Assembly: GCA_013115145.1 (NCBI GenBank)
Contig: JAAPAO010000098.1
Span: 14,519-78,518 of the forward strand
Length of the DNA: 64,000 nt
DNA from: Perkinsus chesapeaki ATCC PRA-425
Lineage: Eukaryota > Protista > Perkinsozoa
Reading direction: 5' to 3'
In this document: positions 38,214 to 50,600 of the stretch, one piece after another
Position numbering within the stretch: the stretch's first letter is position 1
Layout: every line of letters starts with the position of its first letter
The notes under the pieces: generated by a model
The model's database searches: none
Told to the model about the DNA's origin: nothing
Seen by the model: the letters and a program-made list of their open reading frames with translations, nothing else
Made by a program: the position numbers and the translations under genes

Positions 38214-39650
38214 TCACGCCAAGAGATCATCGTCGTTGAAGCCCTCCAAAGCCGGGTTTAGATTGCTGATAAGGCCGCAATCCCACACCATTTTGCGGAG
38301 GAGTATTAGGCTGCTGATGCTGCTGCCAGCGAGCCTGCTGCTGCTGAGGAGCTGAGTAAACCTGCTGTGCTGGTCGAGCACCCCATCCTTGTTGTTGGGT
38401 ATTTCTAGGGCCTCCAATACTAGTAGGATAAGGGGAGTTATGCTGTGGTGCAGGGAAACTGCCACCGCTGCTGCTGCTTGTATACGGTGATTGCTGTTGC
38501 TGAGGCTGCTGCTGCTGTTCAACATAGTTCCACGAACTGCTGCTCTTTGCCCAACTTCCTCGCGAATTCGCAGCACTCGAGTATCCGCTGCTCTGAGCTG
38601 ATCGACCGCCGTATGCCGGTGCACTGCTGCCACCAGGTTGCGGCTGCGAAGGTTGTCCTTGGACGTTCCCAACCTGTCCCGCGCTATACTGCTTATCCGC
38701 AGCAGGCCGTGGCGCACCAGGGAAGGGACTCGAAGGTTCGGAATTGAGGATGCTGTCAAAGTCCAAAGCTTCCCCATTTGCATTTCCGCCGAAGATCGCC
38801 GCTGTGCTGATCTCATCATCCTCGAATAGAGTTGCCACTCCGGTGGCCCGTCGAGTGAAACTCGTATCGCCGGCATCAGCGGTGCCCTTGTTTTGCTTCG
38901 CTCCGCTTTTGATTGAATCTGACCGGCCTTCTTTACCACCTGCTGTCACCGGTGAGAAGCTCACGGACGATCCCTGAAAGAACGGAGCCTGGCACAAGTG
39001 CGGGATGACCGAGCTTCAAGTAGAGCTCAGAAGTGAATCCATATGATTCGAAATAGTACATTTCGAAAACACACAAATGCATTTTATCAACGACGAATAG
39101 CATATCCTACCTGAGCGTTCTTGGGATGAGAGCTATCTGCATCAGGAGTGCTGATGGCAAAAACCGCGGCATTCCCCGTATTCGAAATACCGTGTCCCGT
39201 CACCGGTGATGCTGCAGCGTCACCCTGATCAACGTTCAACTGTCGGCCGACGACGGAAAACTGTGACCTACCCAAAAATCATCGGGAGGGGTTTGGCGCC
39301 CCGCAACGTCTGGCTTCTGCCCTGCAATCGGTGACGCTTCGGCTGACTTCGACGCCTAAAAGATTCAATCACTTTCAATTAAAACGAATGAGTTCTGTTA
39401 GCCTTTATTCTCGAAGATCAACTTACGAGGTCGGACCGACTCATAGACCAGCTAGCGAGGAAAATTGGTACCCAAAGCCGGACGCGATGAAGGGTGATAT
39501 ACCGCTAAGTGAGACTCGAATCAAAGCGAAGCAGCTTGAGTCCAGAAGGAACCTCTCCTTGTATTTCCCCTCTCACTCGGAACTTAGTTCCTTTCGAGCT
39601 TTACTTTTAAAGCTTTTTTCAAAGTTCACAAGAAAATCAAGTGTGACACT
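38214..39650 (-). CDS. hypothetical protein with Q/S/G-rich low-complexity region, multi-exon
   Basis: Long ORF with QQQQ tracts; upstream exons such as VEVSRSVTDCRAEARRCGAPNPPDDFW; boundaries approximate. Confidence 0.5.
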
Positions 39651-39859
39651 TAAGTTTCCCTCAGGAACACATTTAGCTGCTGAATGTGTTCCGCCGTTTC
39701 CGTGAGGATGAACGAGTCTCCGCCCAGCGGTGAGTTAACAAAACTATCAGCGATTTGGTCGGCAAGATTCATTTGCTATACCTTTCAAAAATCTATTTCC
39801 CGAAAACGACTTCCTTATTAGCTAAATTGATGGCCTTAAGCGGGAGACAGATTTCTGGA

Positions 39860-42800
39860 AGGTATTATACCATCATCAACGCACTATTTACCACACAAAC
39901 CACTCCCAAGCCTACAGAGATTCCGACCCACTAACAAACCTACGGCAGCTAGCTTGGCTTCGCTTGAATGCTTTTTCAAAGTATCCTCGTTCGACACCTC
40001 TGCTGTTCTAACGTCATCTGTGATGCCTTCATCGGCGACTTCGCAACTGTCACTAGAGAAATTGGACGGCTTGCGAGGAGCTGCGAGCAAGGAAGAAGTC
40101 TGAAAACCAAGCAACGAGTCCAAAATCGAGATTCCTGAGCTCGCCACCTCCAGTGACTCGGATGCCACGGTGGGAGCCGGTGCAGGCAGCGACGCTTCTG
40201 GCGGCTCGGGGGTACGAACTGTGACAGTAGAGGAAGGTGGAAGAGGCGGTCGGTCTGAAAGGACCATAAGTTGCTCATAGCGCAGCTTTGGGATATTTCT
40301 TAATGGACACACGACCAGGAAATCAACGGCATCCATTACCGATATCCGCTCCAGCATAGCGTCTGTAAGTCTACAGCGTTCCTAGTCGAGGAACTTTTGG
40401 GGAATTTGAAAATCGCAGGTGGTACGAGAATGAGCCGCTGGAAGCCACGGACCCCTCTCCCGTCCCCCTTTCTTTGTGAACTAGAGCAAGCACGGACAGT
40501 TCGATTTACATCTCGCACCATAGCAATTCGGGTCCCCTACGATCTTGCTCGGCCGACAACCAATCCGGACTTCAGTGAAAATATGAAGTAATATTAGTAA
40601 TTAATAGTAGTAGTATAAAGTGATATAATTTATAATATAAATATAAAATATGGTTGTCCGCTCAATTTTCGTTGATGACCAAGATTGATGCAAGCAGCGT
40701 GGCGGAGGTTCATTCTCACCAATCGAAAAATGCCGATAAACCAGCCGATCAGCGTCCCGTTCCCGCAGTCGCGTTATTCACCCACCAGCATTAATCTTCT
40801 CCATCTCCGCCAGCTTCTGGCTCTTCTCGGCGATCTCCTGCTCCTGCGCCGCCGACCGAGACTTGGCATCCTCCAGCGCCTTGTCGGCTTGCTCTGACCG
40901 TTGCTGCTCCCTCGAAAGATTCTCAGTCAGCTCCGTCCTACACAACGACTACCCAAATAGCAGAGGAGGAGTTAATCACCTTTCGTTTCGGAGAGCAACA
41001 ACTTCCTGCCGTAGCTGCTGGAGTTCTTGTGCCAGTCCCGAACTTTTATTTTTCTCAACCTCCAGCTCGGAACGGAGATCTGGATCTGATGGAAAAGCGC
41101 GCCCAATGGAGCTCATCGATAGACCGCGATGGTGATTAGACAGTCCGAGGTATGTTTCGCCAGGAACACGGGGCGACCCGTGACTTTCTATTACACTATT
41201 TCGTACCGCTTCGACCTTGAATCACGAGTGCAGTAAAGTGGAGAGCTACGGTATGATACGCCTTAGAGGACCAAGAATACGTCAGCAGATCTGCTCCCAC
41301 GCCAGAGGTTGAAAAATAAGACGCTTTTGTGATCCCCTGGAGAAACAAGCACAAAGTGTACCAAATTGTAGCTAGCAGGAAGTCCCCAAAAAAATTTTTA
41401 CTGGCCACCGAAGAGAAAAATCTTTACTGCACGATTATGGCTTAAATCTGATTATGATCTTACAGTCGGGAGCTCTTGGCGACCTCGGCGAATCCGATGA
41501 TACCGATCTTGGTGAGAGCGGAGATGACTTAAGATGGTCCAACTCGAAGTTGAGCGCATTCCTGAACAGGGAATACAAAACCTTCCGATACTCGACCCGG
41601 CGATTTCAAAATTAGAAATCACTTGACTGAGAACTTCTCAATGAGATAGATCTGAGCTTGGAACTTCTCAGATTGTTCGAGTTCCAGTGAATTTATATCG
41701 GTACAAGCTAACATTGGGACGCGTCCGATAGCCAAATCAGGAACAACAATCACGGAACACCCAAAATCATAAAGAATCTTCCGCTCTAGTGTGGTGCATG
41801 GTTCAAGCTCGCCGGCATTATCTTACTTCTGGGCCTTAAGCTCTCTCACTTCAGCTCTTAGTCGGAATATAGTTTGCTCAGCATTTCTCAGACTGTCACT
41901 CAGTTCCTGTTCCCGCTCCTCAAACATAGACTGGTCAGGCTCGGCTCGCTCCTAATAAAATCCATCGCTCCGCTCCGCCTTCCAGTTTTTAGATTATACC
42001 ATCTCTTGCATTTCGATGCGCATTCTGTCCCGATCCTCCTCCGCTGCTCTTAGCTTTCCCGTCATGTCCGCCAGAAGAGCCTCCGATTCCCTGACGAGCG
42101 CCATTCATCCCAGAGAAGGTCCCGGGTTCGATCCCCGCTCGGCGCTTTTTGCTATTTATATTTCACTCCACAGTCAATACTTATTCAATACCCGAAACAA
42201 CCCTCATTCCCCTGCAACAGCAGCGGAGCGAAGCAACTCACTCATTCCGTTTTCGTTTCTCGCTGGCATCATTCTCAGCCTCCTCCAGACGTTTCTCCAA
42301 TCCCTCATAATCCTCCTGATCAACCCATCACTCCTCCACCTCCCTCCTCCTCCCTACATCTGTGTGCTTTGCCGTTTTTTCAAAGACCGGCTCCGTCTGA
42401 GTTTTCCTGCTTATTAAATCCAGCTCGTCAGTCTGCGCTGACTCCGGCCGACTCTCGGGTACCTTCCACGAAGCATTCCGCACTTCCGGAACAACTCCAA
42501 AGCTGACCTCCGTTTCCGTGCCCGCGTCCACACCGCTCGGCTTGTCTTCATCCCGCAAAGTTCCTCCGATCGAGTCTCTCGGAGTTCCCCGAGGACTTGG
42601 AGCAACCGGAGGCTTTCCCGCTGCAGCGTTTTGACGAGAAAGAAGGTCAACCTACTTAAGGTCGTGAGTTCGATCACGATCTCGGACGTTTTTACCCGTG
42701 CTAAAAACTCCCTTCGCTGTCGCAATCGAGCTATCTGTTCCTTCTTCGCCTGAAAACAGCCAGATCTCTATCAGCGATATCTGAGATTTCCTCATCGAGT

Positions 42801-43448
42801 CGTTGCAATAAAGTCGCGAACTTCCGGGGAGCCAAAAACCCACTCCATTTTTTTGCGATCCATTTTCTGATGGAAACCCTCTCAACGCCTACTCACACTG
42901 GTGGCGACCTACCTAAAGGCCGGCCCTGAGAGATAACAGTAGACAGTAAATATAATCAATAATAATCTTTTCCACTGCGCAAAATATCTTGCACTATACT
43001 GGTACTACGATACGGTGACGTATTGACCAATAATACCAACTAACTGTACAATGTCTCTTCTTTCTACCATCTTCTATTACCGCTGCCGAAAATGACGATG
43101 CCGAGATACTGTGTGTGCTGCTATTAAGTCTATCATGCCTCCCCGTCATGCCACTCGGACTCGCTCCCATCATTCCAGTCGACATGCCTCCAGGGGAGGT
43201 ATCTCCTGGTCGAGGCATCAAATGGTCGTTTCGAGCAGGTGTTGTGCTCGAAGGAACGTACATGTCGGGTCAATAAAAAATATCCGACTGCCAACAAATT
43301 TTACTCCCAATTTCACCGTGGGAACTTCAGCTATAAGAATTTTACCCACCTCCCTCGACGACAAGTTAAATTTTATTTTACTCTGTAAATGAAATAATAA
43401 CCAAATATACTGAAGATAGATAACGTTACACTGCGGAAGCATTACCAC
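39860..43448 (-). CDS. large coiled-coil hypothetical protein, multi-exon (may be two genes)
   Basis: E/K/L-rich heptad exons (EDYEGLEKRLEEAEN, ESEALLADMTGKLRAAEEDRDRMRIEMQEM). Confidence 0.55.
42108..42150 (+). other. tRNA 3' half with oligo-T, antisense within a predicted intron of the coiled-coil gene
   Basis: GAGAAGGTCCCGGGTTCGATCCCCGCTCGGCGCTTTTT; no matching 5' half nearby. Confidence 0.75.
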
Positions 43449-44305
43449 AGGCGACCGGCGCCGCCGGGAGCGGGACCGAGGCGGAAATCTTCGAGATTCA
43501 ATCCGCTATTTAAAAAAGTGGGAGTATAGACAGGGTGTTAAATTGACAAAACTTATTTTCCCTCCACCGTAAAGCAGTTCCAAAGTATGCTGTCATTGAA
43601 AGGTATACGTGTTCCAGTTGGCGAATCGACCGACGACATATCGATCAACCGTTTCAGGGTCAACACATGTGGCATGATCCGATTTTAGCCGACAGCGTCC
43701 TACGCTCCTCCACGGTGGGAGGAACCTAAGAATTTCACCCACTTTGCACAAAGAGTCGTAACACCCAATAAACATACTGCCTATGAAACCCAAATTACAA
43801 AGCAGTCTATTTACGCAATATATATAATAATTATAACACTTCCATAGAAGCAGCGGAAAATCTTGAACCTGACCCCCCCCCAGATCCACAACTTAACTCC
43901 CGGAAAATAAATGTGATGAAACTTTGTCAGTTTGAAACTCTCAATGGAAAAATAACAATGGTTACAGAGAATTGCAACGTCCTCGTCAATTCTGCATTTT
44001 CTCGCGCGCCACTAAATTCTTCATCATTTCGCATTCGACGCTGATGATATCGATGACGGTGTTCTCTTGAATGCCGTAACGCCCTCCTCCGGCGAGGCAT
44101 GCTCGTCCTGGGTCAACCGACCGAGGCACCAATCTCTCTGGGCACACGCTACGTCATGATTATGAATAGCAGTTTGATACCTGACACGCAAGAAAATTTA
44201 CCGAAAAAATATGAAATATATTTTTCCTGCCAATGTCTGTTATTTTCCAATAACGCTGATTACAACCAGTCTGGCTGTAATCAGTACAAAAATCAAAACC
44301 ATTGA

Positions 44306-44409
44306 ACGGGCACCTGAATCAGTGCCGTGGATGACCTGGCTGAGCCATAGTACCGATTTGAAATCAGTACCATGGCTCAGCCAGTGAAATCTGAAATCAG
44401 TGATTTCAC
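44306..44409. repeat. three consecutive hairpins sharing a TGA(A)ATCAGT motif
   Basis: Stems acggcac/gtgccgt, 13-bp ctggctgagccat/atggctcagccag, gtgaaatc/gatttcac. Confidence 0.75.
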
Positions 44410-44674
44410 GACCTATAAAGAATCATCCTTGAACACCTCATCACAGGCAAGCAACTCCAAACATTATTTGGAATTCGGGATACGACTTACTATAATTTAT
44501 TATACAGATAATTAGCACCCGAACCCCGCCTCACACGTGACATACCACCACCTATCTCTTACAAGTTCTGCACTACATTAAAACCTGTCATCACCCCCAG
44601 CGCTTAGACATTTCACTGCGCCACAAAATTATTCGAAAAACTCCACCCCCGCGTACATGCTATCCAGAGCTGCG

Positions 44675-47600
44675 TTATGCATCCGCAAATTGTCGATCTC
44701 CCGCTTCAATCGAGCCGATTCCTTCAGCTGCGCCGTTCGAGTACTCGCCTGCCCAAACACATTCATCATAGTCTATCACAGTTGGCAAAGTAAGGGTAAA
44801 GGATATGATATTAACTACAACTAGATAACTGAGATTCGGTAATTTGCACACGCTGCACATAACAAATAGCAACTGATGACTTTTGTCAAATAATATTTGC
44901 CCGGGTTGAATTTGTGTATTCGACAAATAAACTAAATTTGCATTACCGAGCCACTTCCGACGGTTTCATAGAGACTCGCCGGGCGAACCAAATATGCATT
45001 AGTACTGGTAGTACTAAGATTTTTCAGAGACTTAACTTACATGACTGTGGAGCTCGTAATATTGGAACAGTTATCGAGAAAACATAACAAGTGACAATGA
45101 TTTGTGAAGGGGTTAATCATATCTACTCCACACTTCCACACTGCTACCATAATAAAAATCTGGTAGAATCAAAATGGAATGATTCACTGATCTAAAATAA
45201 GCTCACTATAAATATTTCAGATGAGAAGATCCATGCAAATATCATCTACATGTACGACTATCAAACACGTAGCATCATCTCTGCCAGAGATTTGAATCCA
45301 GAATCGAGGAATAGAAGGGCGGCAGAGATTCTCTGCCACCCTCTTATTTCCTTACCAACTCGTCATTCACCAGCCCCTTCAGCATCCTCGTATTGGTAGT
45401 CTCATCCTCTCTTTCATCCATCAATTCTCGGAGGACCATCTCCAAATGGGAACACTTCTTCTGTAAAACTCGCACCATCACGTCCAGATCAACCGCACCT
45501 GACGCAAACTCAAATCTCTCGGAAAAGTGTCTCGAGGATTTTCCCGGAAAAATCGGGAAATTGTCCTCCAGAATTGCACGCGCGATCGCCTCGTTCCCTC
45601 CAAAACCAGTAAGACGCATGGCGTCTGGTTTGGCAGGCCATCCAGCCAGAATGTGGCCAAAGGGTCTACTTCATCGCTAATCTCATTTCCATCCACGCCC
45701 CACATGAAAATTCATTCCCCTACAACTGTCCCTTTAATACTGCTAACATTTCTACAGCAGAAAAGGCAGAGAATCGCTCCGAAAGTTTTCTCCTGAGGTT
45801 CATGATCTCCTCACACCGACCGTTTAAGAGCACCTCCTGGTCCTCCCAACTTCAGTTCCGAATTTTCCCTCAGCGAACCACTATGATAAATGTACTCTAC
45901 AGTGCCCGCATATGCGACAGTCCTCCGAAATTTCACAAAATTTCCTCAAAAATTTTTCTTCCTCGCAGTTGTGTGGATCCCCCCTCAACACCCTGTAGAC
46001 CCAGACAACGTCGAAACTCCCAATTGAGCTCACCAGAGCTCATATCTTCCTCCGATACTTCGCTATCTCCGCTGGAGCTAGCCGGCAGTCCTTTACTATT
46101 ATTGGCCAACAACGTCCTCTCTCCCCCCGATGATGTATGATGGTGCGGTTTGGTTGTGTTGATGCCGCTCATCAAAGTGCTTAGCTTAACCTTCTTCCCC
46201 TTCCGAGATTTATGTGTCCCCGACGCTCCACCACCAACACTGCCTCCGTCTAAAACCAAAAATCACTTCACAACATCAACTTCCCGAAGATGAATTCCGG
46301 CCTTCTCGGCAACGTGTTGGAAACAACCACTCACCGATACCAATTTCAAATTTATCGACTCATTCGTAAAAGTCCAGCGCGCCAGAAAATGACAGGGGCT
46401 GTAGCGAAAAAATCGCACGGAAAAACCTTCAAGGCAAAATTTTACACACAGTTGCGGATCTAGATGTGCACGCCAAAGCTTGTACCTGCACGTCCAGCCG
46501 GAGCCATTTCTTCTACAGAGCGACAGCAAGCATTGAATAACAAGGCAGAGGCGATTCACCTCATGCAGAGACTTAATACTAAGGGATGTCATATTATCAT
46601 TCATTAATGTGGATATTATATCGATATTCAGTCATCGAGGCTCGACAACTGAGTTATACAGTTACTAAGGTACACTAGTAGGCAACTCAGTTATACAGTC
46701 ACTAAGGTACACTAGTAGGCAACTCAGTTATACAGTCNNNNNNNNNNNNNNNNNNNNNNNNNNNNNNNNNNNNNNNNNNNNNNNNNNNNNNNNNNNNNNN
46801 NNNNNNNNNNNNNNNNNNNNNNNNNNNNNNNNNNNNAGTCACTAAGGTACACTAGTAGGCAACTGAGTTATACAGTCACTAAGGTACACTAGTAGGCAAC
46901 TGAGTTATATTTTCCCAACGACTATATAACTTTATCATCATCTCTCTCCGAATATCTTTCCCCCTTCACTTACTCGTAGTTCCAATCGTAGCCACAGATA
47001 TATCGCTTCGAGGCGCTCCTGCTGCCGGCATCGCTATCTCTTGCAGCCACGCATCCTTCAATTGCATTTGCAGTTGTTCACATTCATGCCGAGATGCTTC
47101 GAACCTGAACTTACTATATAATCAAACCTCCAGTCGACGATCGGCCCGTCCGAGTCTCCCTAGTGCTCTACGCCACGGAGCCACCGAGGGGCATCAAAAG
47201 TTCCCAGTAGGACTCAGGGGCACCCCCCGCCGGCCCCCCCCCCCCCTACAGCCGCCCCTGGTAGGAATGTGTTCCAGTTTCATGTCCTCAGAGCATACTT
47301 TATGAAAAACATTCCGTCACATCTCCGCACTACGAACTCTCATCGGTATAGATTCCCAAGAGGCAAGATGATTCCATAGTCTACACCCCGCTATAAAAAA
47401 CCGCGCGCCAAGAAATGCCGGCCCCTCCCGCTAGTTCGACTCTACCACCGATTCCCTTGTATAAGAACTGGATAAGTCTATTCTACCGCAAGACATCACT
47501 TGATAAAAAGGTAATGCCCCACAAAGACATCGGCCTCCCTACCGGCAGAACTCCCGGCTTCATTGACCGCCACATTAAGTAACCCAAATTCTGCGAGTGA

Positions 47601-50600
47601 CTTCGTCAAATTTTCAAGTGCGAACGCATTGGCCTCGACCAGTGCCACGGAACAGTTCTTGGAAGTCTCCATCATGTTTAACGACACTCGCGCACCACTT
47701 CTCCAGCCGGGGAGGTTCGAGTGGCTTCAACACCTCCCCCGACCGCCGCCGGCTGTCCCCATGACACAATCCTTTACCTTTGAGTCACTTGCTTCAATTG
47801 GCTCTTCAATTCCGCTACTTCTAATTTCTGCTGCATCATCTCTTGGAATTCATCTCGAGACACCAACAAAGATTCCTCCGTCACACTTGGTGAGTACCTG
47901 ACAAGTGCCACTTCAGCAGCAGCAGCAGCATGAACGAAAGACATGCCCCCCTACCGGTGACAGGGAGCTCACCACTGCACCATATCAATATTCATATACA
48001 CGCTAAATAGTAACTCAGTATTGCTANNNNNNNNNNNNNNNNNNNNNNNNNNNNNNNNNNNNNNNNNNNNNNNNNNNNNNNNNNNNNNNNNNNNNNNNNN
48101 NNNNNNNNNNNNNNNNNNNNNCCCTACCTAGACTTGTGCTATATAGTAACTCAGTATTGCTACCTAGACTTGTGCTATATAGTAACTCAGTATTGCTACC
48201 TAGACTTGTGCTATATAGTAACTCAGTATTGCTACCTAGACTTGTGCTATGGTCTCCTAGACCGGAAGTGTATAACTAACTAAGCTACTAAGGAGTATTA
48301 TATTTCCATAAACCAATAGATACTGTCATTACACGACGACACTAAGATCAGATAGTAAAGGGAGTTCCAAAACTTCCTTAACAACTTTAAGCTTTCTCAT
48401 TTCCTCAACAAATGAACATGCCAGAATGAATCTTTGTGAGATTGTTACCTATAACGTGAAGAAGACGATCAGTTGTCCACGAAGTTTTGAAACTCTCTTT
48501 ACAATAACTAATATATCAATTACATTAATTATATAACATAACACTACAGCATTTCCTCGTCATGTTTCCGACATGCGCACTGTTATTTCCTAGAACTAGA
48601 ACTAGTTCTAATAGGCGTCCTTGTAATAGTTACCTCCAGGCTCTAGACGACAAGATGGTCCTCTCCAAAACTTCTTTCCCTTCAAACATAATCCGCCCGG
48701 GCAACATGCTACTAGTGGCATTGGTGACAGTTGATGAACCTGCCAGGGATCGAACCAAGGTGCACTGATGACAAGTCCAACACCCTAACCAACTAAGCTA
48801 CCTCCCTTCGCTTCAGCGTTATAAACGCCTCCAATAAGCCATGGCTGGTTGGCCGCCTCCTGTCCACATACACACCCTTGAAAGCCTTGATCTATCTCCA
48901 ATTGCAATGAGTTGTTCCTCGACATCGATGTCATCGTCGTAGTCGCCGCGGAGCCCTTTCTCCTCGAACTCGTAGCAGTATAATGACAGTCCGGCACCTG
49001 ACAGGTGGAACAGAATATACTATATAATAGAGTAAGACTTTACAACTACTATTTATAGTTTACTATTACAGTATATATATACATTTCTCTATGTAACGAT
49101 TTTTTGTTCAACCATTACTCAGAGCCTAATTCGAATATCACAATGGTTGATGAGGCATTAGAAAGAGCTCACTAAGAGCTTCAAGTTCGCACCTTACTTC
49201 ACTCGTAACTTTCACGCGCCAAGAAAATATGAGGCATGGGCCATTTTTTCGCATCACCCTGTATGTAATCACACTTTTTTAATAGTGCAGCACTTCTCTG
49301 CCTTCGACCAGGCAGCAGCAAGCGAGTGGCAGTATAGGAGTATTGCTGCGGGCTGAGCAGCCTTAAACGACACAGGTAGTCTGCTATATTCACTAAGCCG
49401 AGAAGGCCTATTGTTATACTAATATTATATTGATATATATTACTAAATATATTATACTATATTATATATGTAAATATATTATATTATAATAGTAATTAAT
49501 TATTAATGTGAACATCACAATGGTATAATATAACCAACTTATAGTATCAATCTGGTACATCACACCACTGCATACGATACAGCGTCACCTTAGGAAAATG
49601 TGTGTTGGCATCTTGCCAGTCAAATTAATAATCCCATGAAAATTGGCCTGCGGAATAATTTTCGGATTAGGATATAAATAGGGGTTTATATATGAGGGGT
49701 TTATTTATCGACCAGTATTCCTGAGCTATGCTACTGTGCTGCATTGCCATAAGACCCAATTCAACCCGTAGACATGCGGATCAAAGAATGCACCGCAAGC
49801 CTTATTCTTCGTCTTCTAGTGGAGCTATTTCTCACTATTGTCACATTTATAATAATACAATATTCCACCTTATATATGCGTAATATTTTCCTATCACATC
49901 TCCGCTTTTCTGGCAACACTACTCGACCCTCCTCGAAGCTGGCTCCACGCCTCCCTCTTACTCCTGCTAGCATCGGTAGCTGCGCCATTATATCAAACAC
50001 CGATCCCGGCGGTATTGCTTTCGTCACCAATGCATTAGGAACTGCTATTCGCCAGGAGCCATCAGACATACTAAGACGCACCAAGGTTCGATCCTCGCCA
50101 GCGGCATTTTTACCTCAATAAAGTGTCTCGCATACACAGCCTCATTCGCCATTCCGGCTCCACCGCATCGACCCCATCGCTGAGCGCCGAGGCCGCTGTC
50201 GGGGAGAGCACCCCACCGTCATGCAGGAGACCTTCCTCGGCCTTCTCAGGGACCTGCCCTACTCCTTGCATTAGACCGTCTGAGCAAATATAAAATATAA
50301 TAAGATCTTGTAATATATGAATAAAATCATTTTACAATGAAGATGAAGTAATAATTCCATAAACAATAGGTATCATGACATGAGCAATAGTAAGTACACT
50401 TATAATAATATAGTACTTAATATAACGTAAACACTACAGGCCACTTTATAGGGAGAATAAGATCAAGTAGTTCGAGCAGCATATTAAGCGAAAAGTATGG
50501 TAAGAACAAGCACAAGCAGTAAGTCTACTAAATAGCGAGCATACTAACCTCAGAGTATCTTCTCTCCCCTCCCAACCCCTTACTTATCAAACCAGTCACC

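Noticed and set aside
2054-42244. TGA codon reassignment
   Set aside because: Only two or three scattered cases; long conserved genes (SLY1, RPE, RPL7, dynein fragment) show no internal TGA and TGA appears as a normal terminator.
47215-47262. G-quadruplex-forming run on the minus strand
   Set aside because: Single C13 homopolymer region; length unreliable and no supporting context.
48735-48810. Functional tRNA genes at this and other B-box sites
   Set aside because: Acceptor and/or anticodon stems do not pair, 5' halves are mostly absent, and the segments sit inside predicted mRNA introns.
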